Of a stretch of DNA of 64,000 nucleotides, positions 40,240 through 53,556 are shown one piece after another (within the stretch, counting starts at the first letter, position 1; the number at the start of each line of letters is the position of its first letter). Under the pieces are notes generated by a model. That model worked only from the letters and a program-made list of their open reading frames with translations, did not search any database and was not told where the DNA came from. Position numbers and translations under genes: made by a program. Source of the stretch: Eledone cirrhosa (Eukaryota); contig OZ024743.1 of the NCBI GenBank assembly GCA_964016885.1, positions 8,928,001-8,992,000 on the forward strand, written 5' to 3'.

Positions 40240-43200
40240 AGAATTCAAATTAGAAACAGGAGAAGCATTTCCAGCTGGAGCTATCTCAAACATATTGAGC
40301 CTAGTATAAAAAATACGACATATCATGTGTGAAATACAATTCGTAATAAATCCTGAAAACCATAAAGCAATACCGGAACGGTGCCCTGTCATGGACAATG
40401 AAAGAGAAGCTATGCGACTAATGGTGCACAGCAGAAAACCAAACTGCTGGACATGTTGCGATAAAAGTTACTTAATAGATTTCTGTCCCGAGGAATTAGA
40501 GAAGCTCAAGAAGAGACAGCAGACGAACTAGCACCTCGGAGACTGCTGTTTAAATAGTACCATCAGTCAAAGCTCAGAAAATGGCGGATAAGATTGCTTT
40601 CTCCTCTGTCACAGAAGCTTGTCAGATGGACCAACGATGAATTGATGGCCCTCTTAACACGAAGCGAGGACATCCAAACAGAGGAGGAGATCTTTGAATT
40701 GAACACATTTTGCGTGCCAGAAGATTTGCCTTCTGGTGCGAATGTCGCTCAATTCCTACAAAGAAATTCGAGAGAGCTTTCCTCAAGACGTAGGAACCCC
40801 GAACGTGAAACCCACATCAAGACTTTTAAAGGGGTTCCCAAAAGAAACCCCACCAACTATGGAGGTCGAACCACCCGACCTTCACAAGACCCCGGGAGGT
40901 AAGTAAACCTCCCTTCTCTCTTTTAGCTTGCATACATGGCCATATTAAGAGTAGGAAGTTTAAATGTTCGCGGCCTGGGGTCACCCTGGAAGCAGGGTCA
41001 CCTACTCAACGACCTCAGGTCTCTTGAAATGGATGTGATCGCCGTCAGCGAGACCAGGATTTCCGACACGCGCGCACTAGCCCCCATTTTCGACGACTAT
41101 CAGATCTTTGTATCTGTTATCAGGCCGGGAATGGGAGGTGGGGTGGCAGTGCTGTTTAGGAAAGGTCTGGATCTCGAGGTAAGGTCGATCTTCCGGGACC
41201 CGGACGGTAAGTTGGTGGTCCTGGATGTGAGCAGTAGTGCCTTTAGACTGCTGGCCGTCTACGCCTCTACTGATGCCGGACGACCTGACTTCTTTAGGCG
41301 CCTGGAAACCTTTTTGGGGTCGTCTCGCCCTCTACTGTTAACGGGAGACTGGAACAGCCTCTTACACACACGCTGGGATTGTGTGGGAGTAGCTGATAGG
41401 AGCGAGGGGTGCAAAAGCCTCAAACACCTAATCAGCCAGTTCCAACTGTCTGACAGGTATCGACTAGATTTCCCCAATGCGCCAGTGTGGACGTGGACCA
41501 ACCGCATAGAGTCATCCAGATCGTATATAGACAGGATCTTCATTAGGAAAATAGATAGAAATAGTGTAGGCTGCCCAATTTTTAAAACGGTCGCCATTCA
41601 GATCACAAATTTGTGATCTATTTAGTCGACCTAGATAAAACGCGTAGGTTGGGACCGGGTTACTGGAAGCTGAACATGTCATTTCCGGCACGTAAGGCTT
41701 ACAGGGACCGAGTCAACAATTTAGTTAAGCAAAAGTTGACAGGAAGGATCATCAACAACAGATGGCGGAGGGGAGGGGGGAGGGGGACTCTCAAAAGAGA
41801 GATTAGAGTAACTTCGATAGAGTTCAGCAAAGAACTAGCGTTAGAGAAAAATAGAAAGGAAGGGGAGCTGATAGATAAGTTAGACGAGGCTATTTGTAGT
41901 GGCATTGCAACTGACGTGCTAGCGGCGAGAATGGCATTAGACCATTTCTTCAATGCGAAACACAAATGTTGCATTGTCAGAGCTAAGGCGCGTGCGCTGA
42001 GAAACGAGGGAACCATAGCTGTTCGATGGGCCCGCGTGGCGGAGGCGCAGCGTAGTAAAAAACCACAATTCGGTCTTTGGCGGACCGAGACGGACACGAG
42101 ATAAGCGATTCCAAGCGGATGTGTGAGGCCTTTCGCCAGCACTTTTCTCGGTTGTTCGGGGAGAGTGGCGAGTCAGAGATAATAGCGGATTTCAGACTCT
42201 ACCTTGATAGCCTGCCGCGCATCTTGACAGTCGACGCTGAGCGCTGCGAAAGGCCGATTACTTCAGCCGAAATTCAGGACGCCCTTGTCGGCTGCATGAG
42301 GCGCAAGTCACTCGGTTTGGATGGCCTGCCCTACGAGCTTTACGTAAATATGCCAGACTTGTTCTCCGATCTCCTCGAAGCACTCTACTGCAACTAGCAG
42401 CAGAATGGGAGTATTCCCAGTTCTGTGAGCAGGGGAGTGGTGACGCTGATAAGGAAAGACGAGAACGAAGAGGGATACATTAGATAACTTCACGCCCATA
42501 ACTCTGCTCAACACAGAGTTTAAGATTTTGACCAAGGTGTTAGCAAAGAGATTGGCGCTTGTCGTCGAGGATTTGGTTGGGGAGGCGCAAACTTGCGCAA
42601 TCTCAGCCAGGTCCATACACAACAATCTTCACCTCAAGCGATACATCATAGAGAGGGTAGGGTGTAAACCTGGATTCGGTGGGGCACTAATCAATTTAGA
42701 TCAATCGAAAGCATTCGATAGGGTCGACCATCGGTATCTAGAGTTTGTCCTCAAAGTAGCTGGCTTCGGCCCTGTCTTCAGAAGCTGAATCGCTGCAATG
42801 CACAGCGGCACACGCTCGGTGGTCAAGGTTAATGGCCACCTCTCGGAACCATTTCGGCTCTCCCGATCGGTACGTCAAGGGTGCCCTCTCTCTTCCCTTC
42901 TGTACCTATTGACTCTCGAGCCTTTACTGCGGAAGCTGGAGTTGTTGCAGGGCATCCCGCTCGAACCGGGACGTGGAAAGGCGGTGTCGGCTTATGCGAA
43001 CGACATCACCGCGATGGTGTCGGACACCTCAGAAATCGAGGTGGTCGGCACTTAAGGTTTACAGGAGCCAAACTTAACCCGGAAAAGTCGGTGGGCTTGC
43101 AGCTCGGAACCTGGAAAGGCAAGCCTATGCCTTCCAACGGCGTCGTGGGGCGCTGGACGGACGGACCGGTAAAGTTGCTCGGGGTTTGGTTCGGACCAGA

Positions 43201-44640
43201 CCTCCAGGTGGAAAAGAATTGGGACGAGGTAACGAGCAGAGTAGCCAGTCTCACCCCAAAATGGGCTGGGAGGATGCTATCACTGAAAGGTCGCGCGGAG
43301 GTGGCGAATGCGTACATCGCGTCCGTCATCTACTACCGCCTGACCGTCGTGCCTTGCCCCCGTCCGCGCCTCGTCAAGTTGGAACGGCTCCTCTTCAAAT
43401 TCTTGTGGAAAGGACAAGTTCCGTTGGTGAGGCGGTCCATCTGCTGCCAGCACTCTCTACGCTGAGGGCTGGGCATGCCATGGCTAATGATGCGCAGACA
43501 TGCGCTGAGGCTGCGACATCTCCAGATATTCTGCCTAAACGGTGAACAGGTGTGGTCGCCGTTTATCAGACGGGCCTTTCCGCAGCTCGTTTCTTTGACT
43601 GAGCTGCAGTCCTGGGTCAAGAAGAGACCGAGACTGGGAGACTGGCACCTGGAATGTTGCCAGGCACTCGTTGCCCTCTACCAAGCGGGCAATGCGATCA
43701 GTGGAACTTCCACTCTCGAGTTCTATAGAGGATTAGTGGTGGGAAAGTGCGATGACGCACTCGGAGAAGCTTTAGGCCTCGACGAAGTCAAACTGACCAG
43801 TCTGTACCGGAGGACTTTCGCGCCGAGGAAGATGAACAATTTCCAGAAATCCCTCGCTTTGCAGTGCTACCGGGGCGCACTGCCGGTTCTGGATAAACTC
43901 TACAGGCACGGAATTACTGTCAGATGGTCCTGCCCAAAATGCGCACAGAGCGATGAAACCGTTCTGCACACACTTGTCCAATGTTCGTGCATTACTGACT
44001 TGTAGAGTATTGTCGAACAGCTACTGTCGCGTGTGTAACGGATCCGGCTATCGGCCGAGTCCCTAGTGAAGATCGACTCGCCGGCTTCCTTAGATCAGGA
44101 AGAGCAGGCAATTTTCCTCTGTCTGGAGGCCGTTGCGAAAGAGGTTATATGGTGGACCAGATTAAAAGGACTGAAGACAGACACTTTTCTCTTCGGCCAA
44201 TCCATCATCAACTTCTACAAGTTTCACATGGAAAGGAAGGTGAGGGTGGAGAGAGAAGTGCTGCCCCCAGTACATTTGCTAAAAGGTGGATGAATGTGGC
44301 GAGAATGGCCCGTGTGAATGGGCCTACTCTGACCATGCGCCTATAGGCTAGCTAACTTGAGGAGAGGGGTGCTCTCCCTGGGTGCCCTAGAAGCGTAGGG
44401 TGGTTCAGGATTGGTGGGGTACCTGCATCACCCCTGGGTCATCCACCCTCTATAGGGGAATTTATTTTGTTATATTTATACATAGTTTATTTTATATTTT
44501 TTATATGTTCATTGTTAAATTAGTCTTGCCATTGTGCACCTTTATTCGACCATATTGTAAAGGTAAACCCCCACTGTCCCTGTCTTTGTATTGTCCCCTA
44601 CATGTCGGCCCTTGTGGCTAATAAATGAAATCATCATCAA
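40240..44640 (+). mobile_element. Tx1/L1-clade LINE, degenerate (ORF1 remnant plus ORF2 APE-RT-zinc finger)
   Basis: ORF1 remnant has CWTC-x4-Y-x4-C. ORF2 from ATG 40936: SLNVRGL, VSET, GDWN, SYIDRIF, PGYWKLN, GLDGLP, LDQSKAFDRV, RQGCPLS, YAND, CPKC..ETVLH..C. Many stops and frameshifts. Confidence 0.92.
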
Positions 44641-45060
44641 TGCCTTCTAGCAAGTTTGTTGAAAGGTGAGTGAATGTAGCGAGAATGCTCCGAGTGAACG
44701 GGACCGCTCTGAATATACGCCTGTAGTTTGAGAGATGGAAAAATTGAGAAAGGGCGCTTGCCCTGGTGGTCAGGGTAGCCGTGGTCTTTTGTGTGGTTTT
44801 CGCCACAAGTAACCCTCGGAGGTTTCCCCCCTATTGGGGAATTTTTCATTGTTTCAATTTTCATTTTTATTGTTTATATATGTTTCTATGTCCTTTTTTT
44901 TTCTTTTCTTATATAAATAATAAAAATATTTACACGCACAAAACCCACATCGTACCGTCCTGTACCTCCTGTGCCGTCTGTAATGTTTTTCTTGATGTCA
45001 GCCCTTGTGGCCAATAAAGAAATCATTATTATTGTTATTATTATTATTATTATTATTATT
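44641..45060 (+). mobile_element. Tx1-type LINE 3' fragment (closer to the 46882 element) with (ATT)n tail
   Basis: End of ORF2 plus 3' UTR aligning to 52590-52970. Confidence 0.85.
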
Positions 45061-46826
45061 ACAGTTGCATTTATCTTGCTTTATGTTCATACGAGTTATC
45101 ACCAAGTCACAACCAGTGACCTCAAGAGACAACAAGGTCCGCCATGTTCAAGAAAGAACATACATACTCACACATGCATCTTTAGGTGTTTAGACCTGTG
45201 ATGTACTTATATTGACAGAATCTTCCTTAGTATATGGGCAGTTCCCATTAGTACTATCTTTTGTATTTCTCCTATACGCGGGTTTCCTGGGATTTGCGAT
45301 AAGTAATCATTAGACCCCTTAGGTATCATTCCTAGAGCGCCTACAACCACTGGTATTGTTTTAGTTCTCAATTTCCACATTTTTCCAATTTCTATCTCCA
45401 GATACTTGCTCAATTTTTCAAATGTTTTTATAGATACATTCTTGTCTATTGGAACGGACATATCAATTAGCAGGCATACCCTCTTTTTAAAGTCCTTATA
45501 TCAGGTCTATTTGCATCTATTTTTCGGTCTGTTTGGATGCTAAAGTTCCACAAGATTGAGATGTGATCTTTTTCAAGTATGGGAGGTGGTTGATGCTCCC
45601 ACCAATTCTTTTGATGGGGCAGGTCAAAATGCTTACACATTATCCAATGTATGTATTGTGCAGCTCTGTCATACCTGTTTAGGTATTCGGTTGGAGCTAT
45701 AGGACTGCACATTGAAATTATATGGTCAATGGTCTCTGGTTGTTTTTTACATACACGGCATAATGGGCTGCATCCATTTTTTATTATGTTGGCTTGGTAA
45801 TTTTTTGTTGGCAGACACTGATCTTATGCTGATATAATCAGTCCTTCAGTCTCCGATTTCAGTCCAGAGGATGCCAACCACTGATGGGTTAAAGTTTTGT
45901 CAACATCAGGATTGTTAGCTCGTTCTGGGTATTTTCCATACATAGGCTTTTCTTGCCATTTCTTAGCCAGTTTCTGTAGCAGTTCTTTCTTTGCAGTTAC
46001 TTTTACCTGCTTTGCGTTTTCTGTGTTTTCCATTTCAGCAGTAAATGGGACTTCTGAAATTTGTAGTTCATTACTGTATCTTTGTGCATCTTTTGTAATG
46101 GAGTATGATCTTTTGATGCTTTCGTGTTTCAAAACGAGTTTGATCATCCAATCATGTGATTCCTTTAGATATGTAGATAATCCAATTGTTGCAGTTTTCA
46201 ACGCAATATCTAACTGGATTAACATGGTTAAGAATTAAGATTGCATGGTTAAGAATTTTCGAATTTTTGTATCGAGCCTACGGATCTCTGTGCTTGACCA
46301 GTTGATGACATTGTAACTGTAGGTTACTACTGGTATGGCAAACGTGTTTATGGCATCGATCCTATTCCTTGCATTCAATTCCGTTCTTAAGATTGCTCTT
46401 ACTCTGCGGTAACATTCCTTCCTTATCCTTTCCCTCATTGTCGAGTGCTTGATTCCGTCTCCTTCACAAACACCTAGATATTTGTAAGTTTCCTCTTGAT
46501 CAAGTCTCTTATCACATTCCCCCGATCAAGATTAATGTCTGTACTTTTCAGCAGCTTTCCTCTGGTGAACGTTGCTTGGGCGCATTTATATTGTCCAAAC
46601 TCCATTTTAATGTCATCACTGAACTGTTGCACAGTGGATAATAGCCCTTGCAATTGTTCATCATTTTTTGCAAATAGTTTCAGGTCATCCATGTAGAACA
46701 AGTGATTAATGGTTTTGTCATAGACTTTATATCCATGTTTTGTTTCATTGAGCGTTTTACTTAATGGTATAAGTGCGATGCAGAATAAAAGCGGTGATAA
46801 AGAGTCACCCTGAAAAATTCCACAAT
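45061..46826 (-). mobile_element. R4/Dong-clade LINE, 5'-truncated, in (TAA)n
   Basis: GIFQGDSLSPLLF, HLFYMDDLKLFAK, LKSETEGLIISA, CRVC..ETIDH..C, ANRPDI, K..KY, IPVVVGALG..IQKIVLMGTAHILRKILS*. (ATT)n on both sides. Confidence 0.9.
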
Positions 46827-46829
46827 TAA

Positions 46830-46881
<52 letters not shown>

Positions 46882-47097
46882 GAATGCTATGGTTGACGGA
46901 GGCTCGGCTCTGTAAGGTATTGTAAATTTTGACCGCTATAACAATTGTAAATTGTTTAAAACTTTAACCAACTTGTAGACAAAAACACCCTCCTCCTCGT
47001 GAGAGGGGTCTTTCTGCCCGTTATTTGGCCCTTCGGGGTTAAATAACCGCTTATTGGGGTTTTGTGCCCAATATTTATTTTAAACAAAAAAACAACA

Positions 47098-49223
47098 TGG
47101 CTACGAAAAAGAATTTTCATAGGTCACTCCCACTCATTCCGTCTTCTTCTTCCTCAATCGTCACTACAGCAGAGAGAAGATTGTCTCTCTCCCTCCCTTC
47201 TCTAAATGTGTCTCTCTCCCTCCCTTCTCTTTCGCAAGCGACGCCAGAAAAGAAAAATCCCGTGCAAAGCGAGCAAGATTTCTCCACGACGACGACGACA
47301 ACGACGAAAAAGGTGTGCGGGAAATACGAAAACCCATTTCATTCGTCTGACGTCATGAATAATAGCAGTAGCAGCCGTAATAACAGCAGCAGCAGCAACA
47401 GTGACAAGGAAAACAACAGTAGCAGCCGCAACACTATCAGCAGCAGCATAAACAACAACAACAGCATTAGCAGCAACAACAACAGCAGCAGCAGCAGCAA
47501 CAACAACAACAACAACCACAGCAACAGCGGCGGCGGCAGTAGTAACTGCAGCAACAACAAAAGTAACAGCAGCTCTGACGACAACAACAACAACAACAGC
47601 AGCAAAGAAAAACCAATCTCGTTTGCAGGTATCGCAAAGAACCTGGAAACCATCCTCATAACAAATGAGGAATTAGAGGAAGCGAAGAAGATGGTGACGA
47701 AAACCGGACACCGAGCAATCTGCAAGGCAGCCGAAACATTTTTCGAAACCCAACAGCACTGTACGGTCACATACCGTACAGTAAGCACAAAATGCCGTAA
47801 GGTTGAAAGAACCACAGAGGCTCAAATACAAAAAGCCTTAGGGTCTGTGTGGCAGCGGAAAACGCACATCACCCGAGGCAAGAAATATGCCACCGTAGAC
47901 GTGCTTTTGCCACACCCGAGGAGGCAAAGGCTCAATCCTTAGTGACCCTAAGGAGCGAGGAAATGGTGTTGGTGCCCTCCTACTGCGGGCAAAAAATTGT
48001 GAGGGTCAAACTGACCCTCGTCCCCCCCGGGATGGCCCCTTCTTGGCTGGCCGCGTCTGTCCTCGTCGGAATCGAGGAAAAACAACTGTACTGCAAGTAC
48101 AGAAAAAAAGTAAGAGAAGATTGGGTCGGCACCTCCATTGAGATGTTAATCCAAACCAACCAGGAGTGCATCGAAGCTATCCCGGATGTGATAGACTTCG
48201 ATAACGGCACTCAACTGCCCATAAGTGTTGAGGGAAAACGCCCGAAATGCTTTCGCTGTGGATCGAAGACTCACCTCAGGGCCTTCTGCAACGAGAAGAC
48301 CCTGAGAAAGGAGAAAACCCCTCTCCTTCCGAAACCGGCTCCACGGCTATCAGCAACAGGACAAGCGGCAACCAGGAACGATAGGTCCGTGGCACCCATA
48401 CCCACGCCACGGAAATCAAAAACAGCAGCAGTGGAAGTATTAACAACAACAGTAATACCAAATGCAGCTGCAACAGAGACTCCAGTGCAAACATCACCAA
48501 CAACAACAAGTGAAAGAGTGGAGCTGGTACCCCTCCCCGACCTCACAGAATCAGACATGGAGTGTGAGGTAGGAGAGAGATGGCAAAAGGTCGTAAGAAG
48601 GCACAAACGCAGAAGCAGCGCATCGTCGCCTTCGAAAAGGGAGGAAAGAAATGAAAAAAGGGTAAAGGCTACTGCAAAGAGACTCACAGCAGCAACACCA
48701 CCAACACCATCACCACCCACACTAGCACCACCATCACCACCGGCGACAACCGCACCGCCAACAACACCTTCAACACCACCACCACAAGCACCAACATCGC
48801 AAACACAACAACAAAACACACACACCCAGCAACAACGACAAGAAAATAGCAGAACCACACACCCACCCCCAGAAAAACAAATGCACGGCAATAAATACAC
48901 ACAACAAGAAACTAATGACTTACATAATTGAACACACAGACATTTCACAACACGACTACATAATACCAGCACCAATCAAAACGCCAACTAACATAAGACT
49001 GCTAAAAATAGCACAGAAACAATACACAAACATTAAAACGAAATTCCCCAACGCAGTTGGTGATTTCAGAGACCTAGGAGGGACTCTCAACCGAAGAGTA
49101 TATTCGGACATACTCATAGAAGAGCCGACGACCAGCCGAAGGGACGATTCAACGATCCCTTCACCAGAAGATCAAGTGAAAAGGGATGGAAAAACCATCC
49201 CTCCTCTACGAAAAGTACGGTAA
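47098..49223 (+). pseudogene. Tx1 ORF1 (Gag-like, CCHC knuckle), frameshifted near 47905 and 48920
   Basis: aacATGG start, S/N low-complexity tract, ISFAGIAK, CFRCGSKTHLRAFC, WQKVVRRHKRR, Pro/Thr-rich region. Confidence 0.8.
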
Positions 49224-49258
49224 GTGGTCTTTCCCATCTTTTCCACTCTATTTTAAAC

Positions 49259-52200
49259 ATGACCTCACTCAGAATAGGCAGCATAAATGCGCGTGGCTTG
49301 GGGTCGTCATGGAAGCAGGGTCACCTGCTCAACGACGTCAGGTCACTAAACATAGATGTAGTGGCCATCAGCGAGACCAGAATCTCCGAAGCACGGGCCT
49401 TCGCACCGATCTTCGGCGGCTACGATGTGTACGCATCTCCCAGCCGTCCGGGATCGGGGGGAGGAGTTGCTGTGCTTTTTCATACAGGTTTGGATCTTGC
49501 AATACGGGCCATCTTCCTTGACCCAGAAGGTAAGTTGGTGGTGCTGGACGTGACCAGCGGAGACGGGCAAGCTTTCAGGTTAGTGGCCGTCTATGCCCGA
49601 CAGGAGCAGGGCGGCCTGATTTCTTCCGGCGTCTAGAGACCTTTCTTGGAACGTCCCGCTCTTTAGTGTTAGTGGGCGACTGGAACGAGATCTTAGATGC
49701 ACGCTGGGATTGTGTGGGATTAGTGGATAGGGAAGGAGGGTGCAAGAGTCTCACCAACCTGCTCAGGCGTTTTGAACTGTCTGACAGGTACCGAATGGAT
49801 TTCCCGAATGTACCAATGTGGACTTGGACAAATCGCATAGGGTCATCCAGATCATATCTAGATAGAGTATTTTGTAGGGAAATAGATAGGTCTAGCATAG
49901 GCTGTCCACAATTCAAGATAGTCAGCTACACAGACCACAAATTCGTGATCTGTGTGCTTGACTTAGATAGGCTTCATAGACGAGGACCCGGCTACTGGAA
50001 GCTAAACGCGTCCTTACCAGCGCGCAAGGCCTACAGAGACCGGATTAGCGAACTAGTTAAGCGGGCGTTGACGGGGGCCATCGTCAACAACAAGTGGTGG
50101 TTTGCTCTGAAAAAAGCAATTAGAATAGAGTCCATTAGGTTTAGTAAGGCTTTAGCAATAGAGAAAAATAGAGCAGAGGGAGAATTAGTTAGAAAATTAG
50201 ACGAGGCGCTTAGCAAAGGCATCGCGATCGACGTACTTGCGGCGAAATTGGCCCTTGACCAATTCTTCAATGCAAAGCACGAAGGCTGCGTTGTCAGAGC
50301 TAGGGTACGTGCTCTCAGACACGAGGGGACGAAAGCCGTTCAATGGGCCCGAGTGGCAGAGGCGCGTCGTGGCAACAAAGCCACGATCCGGTCTTTGGTG
50401 GACCACGACGGGCGCATGCTACTCGATCCCGGGAAAATGTGTGAAGCTTTTCAGCGACACTTCGCTCAACTGTTCGGGGGCAGTGGCGGGCCAGATCGAG
50501 GGATGGACTTTAGTGTCTACCTCGACGGACTGCCGCGGCTTTCGGCCACTGAGGCGGAGTGTTGCGAAAAGCCGATAACAACCGCTGAAGTACGGGAGGC
50601 AATGACTGGCTGCACAAGGGGTAAATCGCCTGGTTTGGATGGTCTGCCCTATGAACTTTACGTACAAATGCCAAACTTGTTCGGAGGCCTCTTGGCGGAC
50701 GTCTACTGCAACTGGCAACAGAACGGGAGAATTCCCAGCTCTGTGAGCCGAGGAGCGGTGGCGCTGCTGAGAAAGGATCCGAACAAGGGGGATAACATAG
50801 GTAATTTTAGGCCCATAACTCTGCTAAACACAGAGTTCAAGATTTTGGCCAAGGTGTTAGCAAAGAGGTTGGCGCTTGTCGTTGGTGGTCTGGTGGGAGA
50901 GGCACAGATATGCGCCATTCCCGACAGATCCGTCCACGACAACCTCCACCTCATGCGATACATCGTAGAGAGGGTAGCTAGGGAACCTGGCACGGGTGGG
51001 TCTTTGATCAATTTAGATCAGTCGAAAGCCTTCGATAGGGTCGACCATCGTTACCTAGCGGCAGTCCTGAGAGCGGCTGGCTTTGGGCCCGTCTTCAGAG
51101 GCTGGATCGCTGCCATGCACAGCGACATCTGCTCTGTAGTGAGAGTGAACGGTCACCTTTCGGAACCGTTCAACATCGTGCGCTCGGTCCGCCAAGGATG
51201 TCCCCTCTCGTCTCTATTGTACGTATTGACTCTCGAGCCATTACTGCACAAACTGGAGACGTTGAGGGGGTCCCGCGCGAACTAGGATGCGGAAGATCCG
51301 TGTCAGCATATGCGGACGATGTCACCGTAGTGGTGTCGAACGCCAAACACATTGAGGCGATCGGCACTACACTAAGAGAATACGAAGCGGTGACAGGAGC
51401 AATGATCAACCAGGAAAAGTCAGTGGGCCTGCAGCTCGGCACCTGGAGAGGCAGGTCCATGCCGTCCAACAGCATCGTCGGGCGCTGGACGGACGGACCG
51501 GTTAAATTGCTAGGGGTCTGGTTCGGTCCAGACCTCCAGACGGACAAAAACTGGGACGAGGTGACGAGCAGGGTGGCTTCTCTCACCCAGAAATGGGCCG
51601 AGAGGAAGCTATCCCTGAAAGGTCGAGCGGAGGTGGCTAACGCGTACATCGCGTCCGTCATCTACTACCGCCTGACCGTCGTACCTTGTCCTAAGCCCCG
51701 CCTGACTGCGCTGGAGCGTTTGCTCTTTCGCTTCTTGTGGAAGGGACGCGCTCCGATGGTCAGGCGGTCCATCTGCTGTCAACACCCGCTACGTGGAGGG
51801 CTGGGCATGCCGTGGCTGATGATGCGCAGACACGCGCTCAGGCTACGACATCTCCACCTCTTCCTCGACGGTCATCAGGTGTGGTCGCCGTTTGCTAGAC
51901 ACGTCTTTCCCCAGCTCGTCTCCTTGACGGAGCTGCAGTCCTGGGTCAAGCGAAGACCGAGAGGGAGCGCTTGGAGACTGGAATGTCTTCAGGCGCTCAC
52001 AGCCCTCGTCCAATCGGGCAATGTGATCGGTGGAAACTCCACCTCGGCGTTCTATAGAGGATTAGTGGAGGGGAAGAGCGACGACGTACTTGGAGAAACT
52101 CTAGGCGCTGACGAAAATCAACTAGCCAATCTCTTCGGACGGACTTTCGGGCCGGGGCCTATGGAAACTTCCAGAAATCCCTGGCCTGGCAGTGCTACCG

Positions 52201-52675
52201 GGGAGCTTTGCCAGTTCGGGATAAACTCTACAGGCATGGAGGTGCCGTCAGCCGGGCATGTCCGAGATGCGCGCAGGGCGACGAAACCGTCCTGCACGCA
52301 CTCGTCCAGTGTCCGAGCATTGCTGACTTGTGGGTTTATGTGGAACACCTGCTGTCACGTGTAGGACGGATCCAGCTATCAGCTGAGTCCATCGTGAGGA
52401 TTGCCCTGCCCCCTTCCTTTAGCCGGGAAGGGCAGGCAGTTTTTATCTGTCTGGTGGCCATGGCAAAAGAGATAGTATGGTGGACACGTTTGAAAGGGCT
52501 GAAGACGAGCACTTACCTCTTCGGTGATGCCCTGATTAACTTTTTCAAATTTCATTTGAAAAGAAAAATCAGGGTAGAGAGGGAAGTGCTCTCTTCCCAG
52601 CATTTTGTTGAAAGATGGGTGAGAGAAGCAAGTATGGCCCGAATGAATGGGCCTTCTCTGAGTATGCGTCTGTAA
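49259..52675 (+). pseudogene. Tx1 ORF2 (APE endonuclease, RT, zf-RVT) with ~3 frameshifts (~49600, ~51270, ~52165)
   Basis: SINARGL, ISET, GDWN, SYLDRVF, TDHK, FRPITLLN, DQSKAFDRV, RQGCPLS, YADD, GGLGMP, CPRC..ETVLHALVQC. Confidence 0.92.
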
Positions 52676-52933
52676 ATTAAAGGTGGAAAACTGGGAGAGG
52701 GCACTTGCCCTGGTGGTCAGGGTCACTGTGGTCTTTTAATGGGCTTTCTCCACAAATGTCCCTCGGAAGTCTCCCCCCCCCCCTATTGGGGAATTTTTCT
52801 TTGTTATTTTATTACATCCTCTGTTTTTTTTTACACGCAGAAATGCCCATTTGTACCGTCCTGTATTGTCCTGTACTGTCCTCAATGTCTACTTTATGTA
52901 AACCCTTGTGGTTAATAAAGAAAACATTATCAA

Positions 52934-52970
<37 letters not shown>

Positions 52971-53394
52971 TAATCACCTTTGTATGTTTGTGTCATATTC
53001 CTCCAGCCAAAGGTATTACTTCAGTATAATTAAATCTTATGGGACAAAAGCAGGATTGTGTTTGCCGGAATATGCAGCCGACAGCAAGAAACATCAATCA
53101 TCCGAACACAACATTGTGAAACGGATTAATAAAGTTTTTGTTCTATCTTTCATAAACTGGAAGAAGTGAAAAAATACAAGCATCTTCAACGCCATGCTTT
53201 AAAAAAAAGTGGTTGTGATGGGTCCTCCGTTGATTTCGATGATGAGTTGTTCGATCAAATAAACATCCAACTCATGAATTAATATTTAAGTGATTGAGTA
53301 TTCCACAGACATGTGTATCTTAACATAATTCCCATGCCGAATCAGCGTGTCATAATACGTGATAACGTTGAACCTTTAAATTACAGGACAGTCC

Positions 53395-53556
53395 GCCCGA
53401 CAGGCTTCCACAGAGTCTCCGTACACCCAATTTCACTCTCTAAGTTTGGGTCATCCTTAGGCTGTAGAAAAATCATTTGCCCAAGAAGCTACGCGTGGGA
53501 AATAATTCAGGACTCTTTGATTGTGAAAAGAACTTGTTAACCACTTGGCCATGTCT
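53395..53556 (-). mobile_element. Old SINE remnant
   Basis: ttgcccaag core and taaccacttggccatg (A box, reversed). Confidence 0.5.

Larger units (their letters stand above)
46882..52971 (+). mobile_element. Apparently full-length (~6.1 kb) Tx1-clade LINE inserted in (ATT)n
   Basis: 5' UTR, ORF1, ORF2, 3' UTR with aataaa and (ATT)n tail; (ATT)n also lies upstream. Only a few frameshifts. Confidence 0.92.

Noticed and set aside
48271-48975. Antisense ORFs within the LINEs (also 20632-21747, 47339-47815)
   Set aside because: They are shadow ORFs of GC-richer or low-complexity coding sequence.
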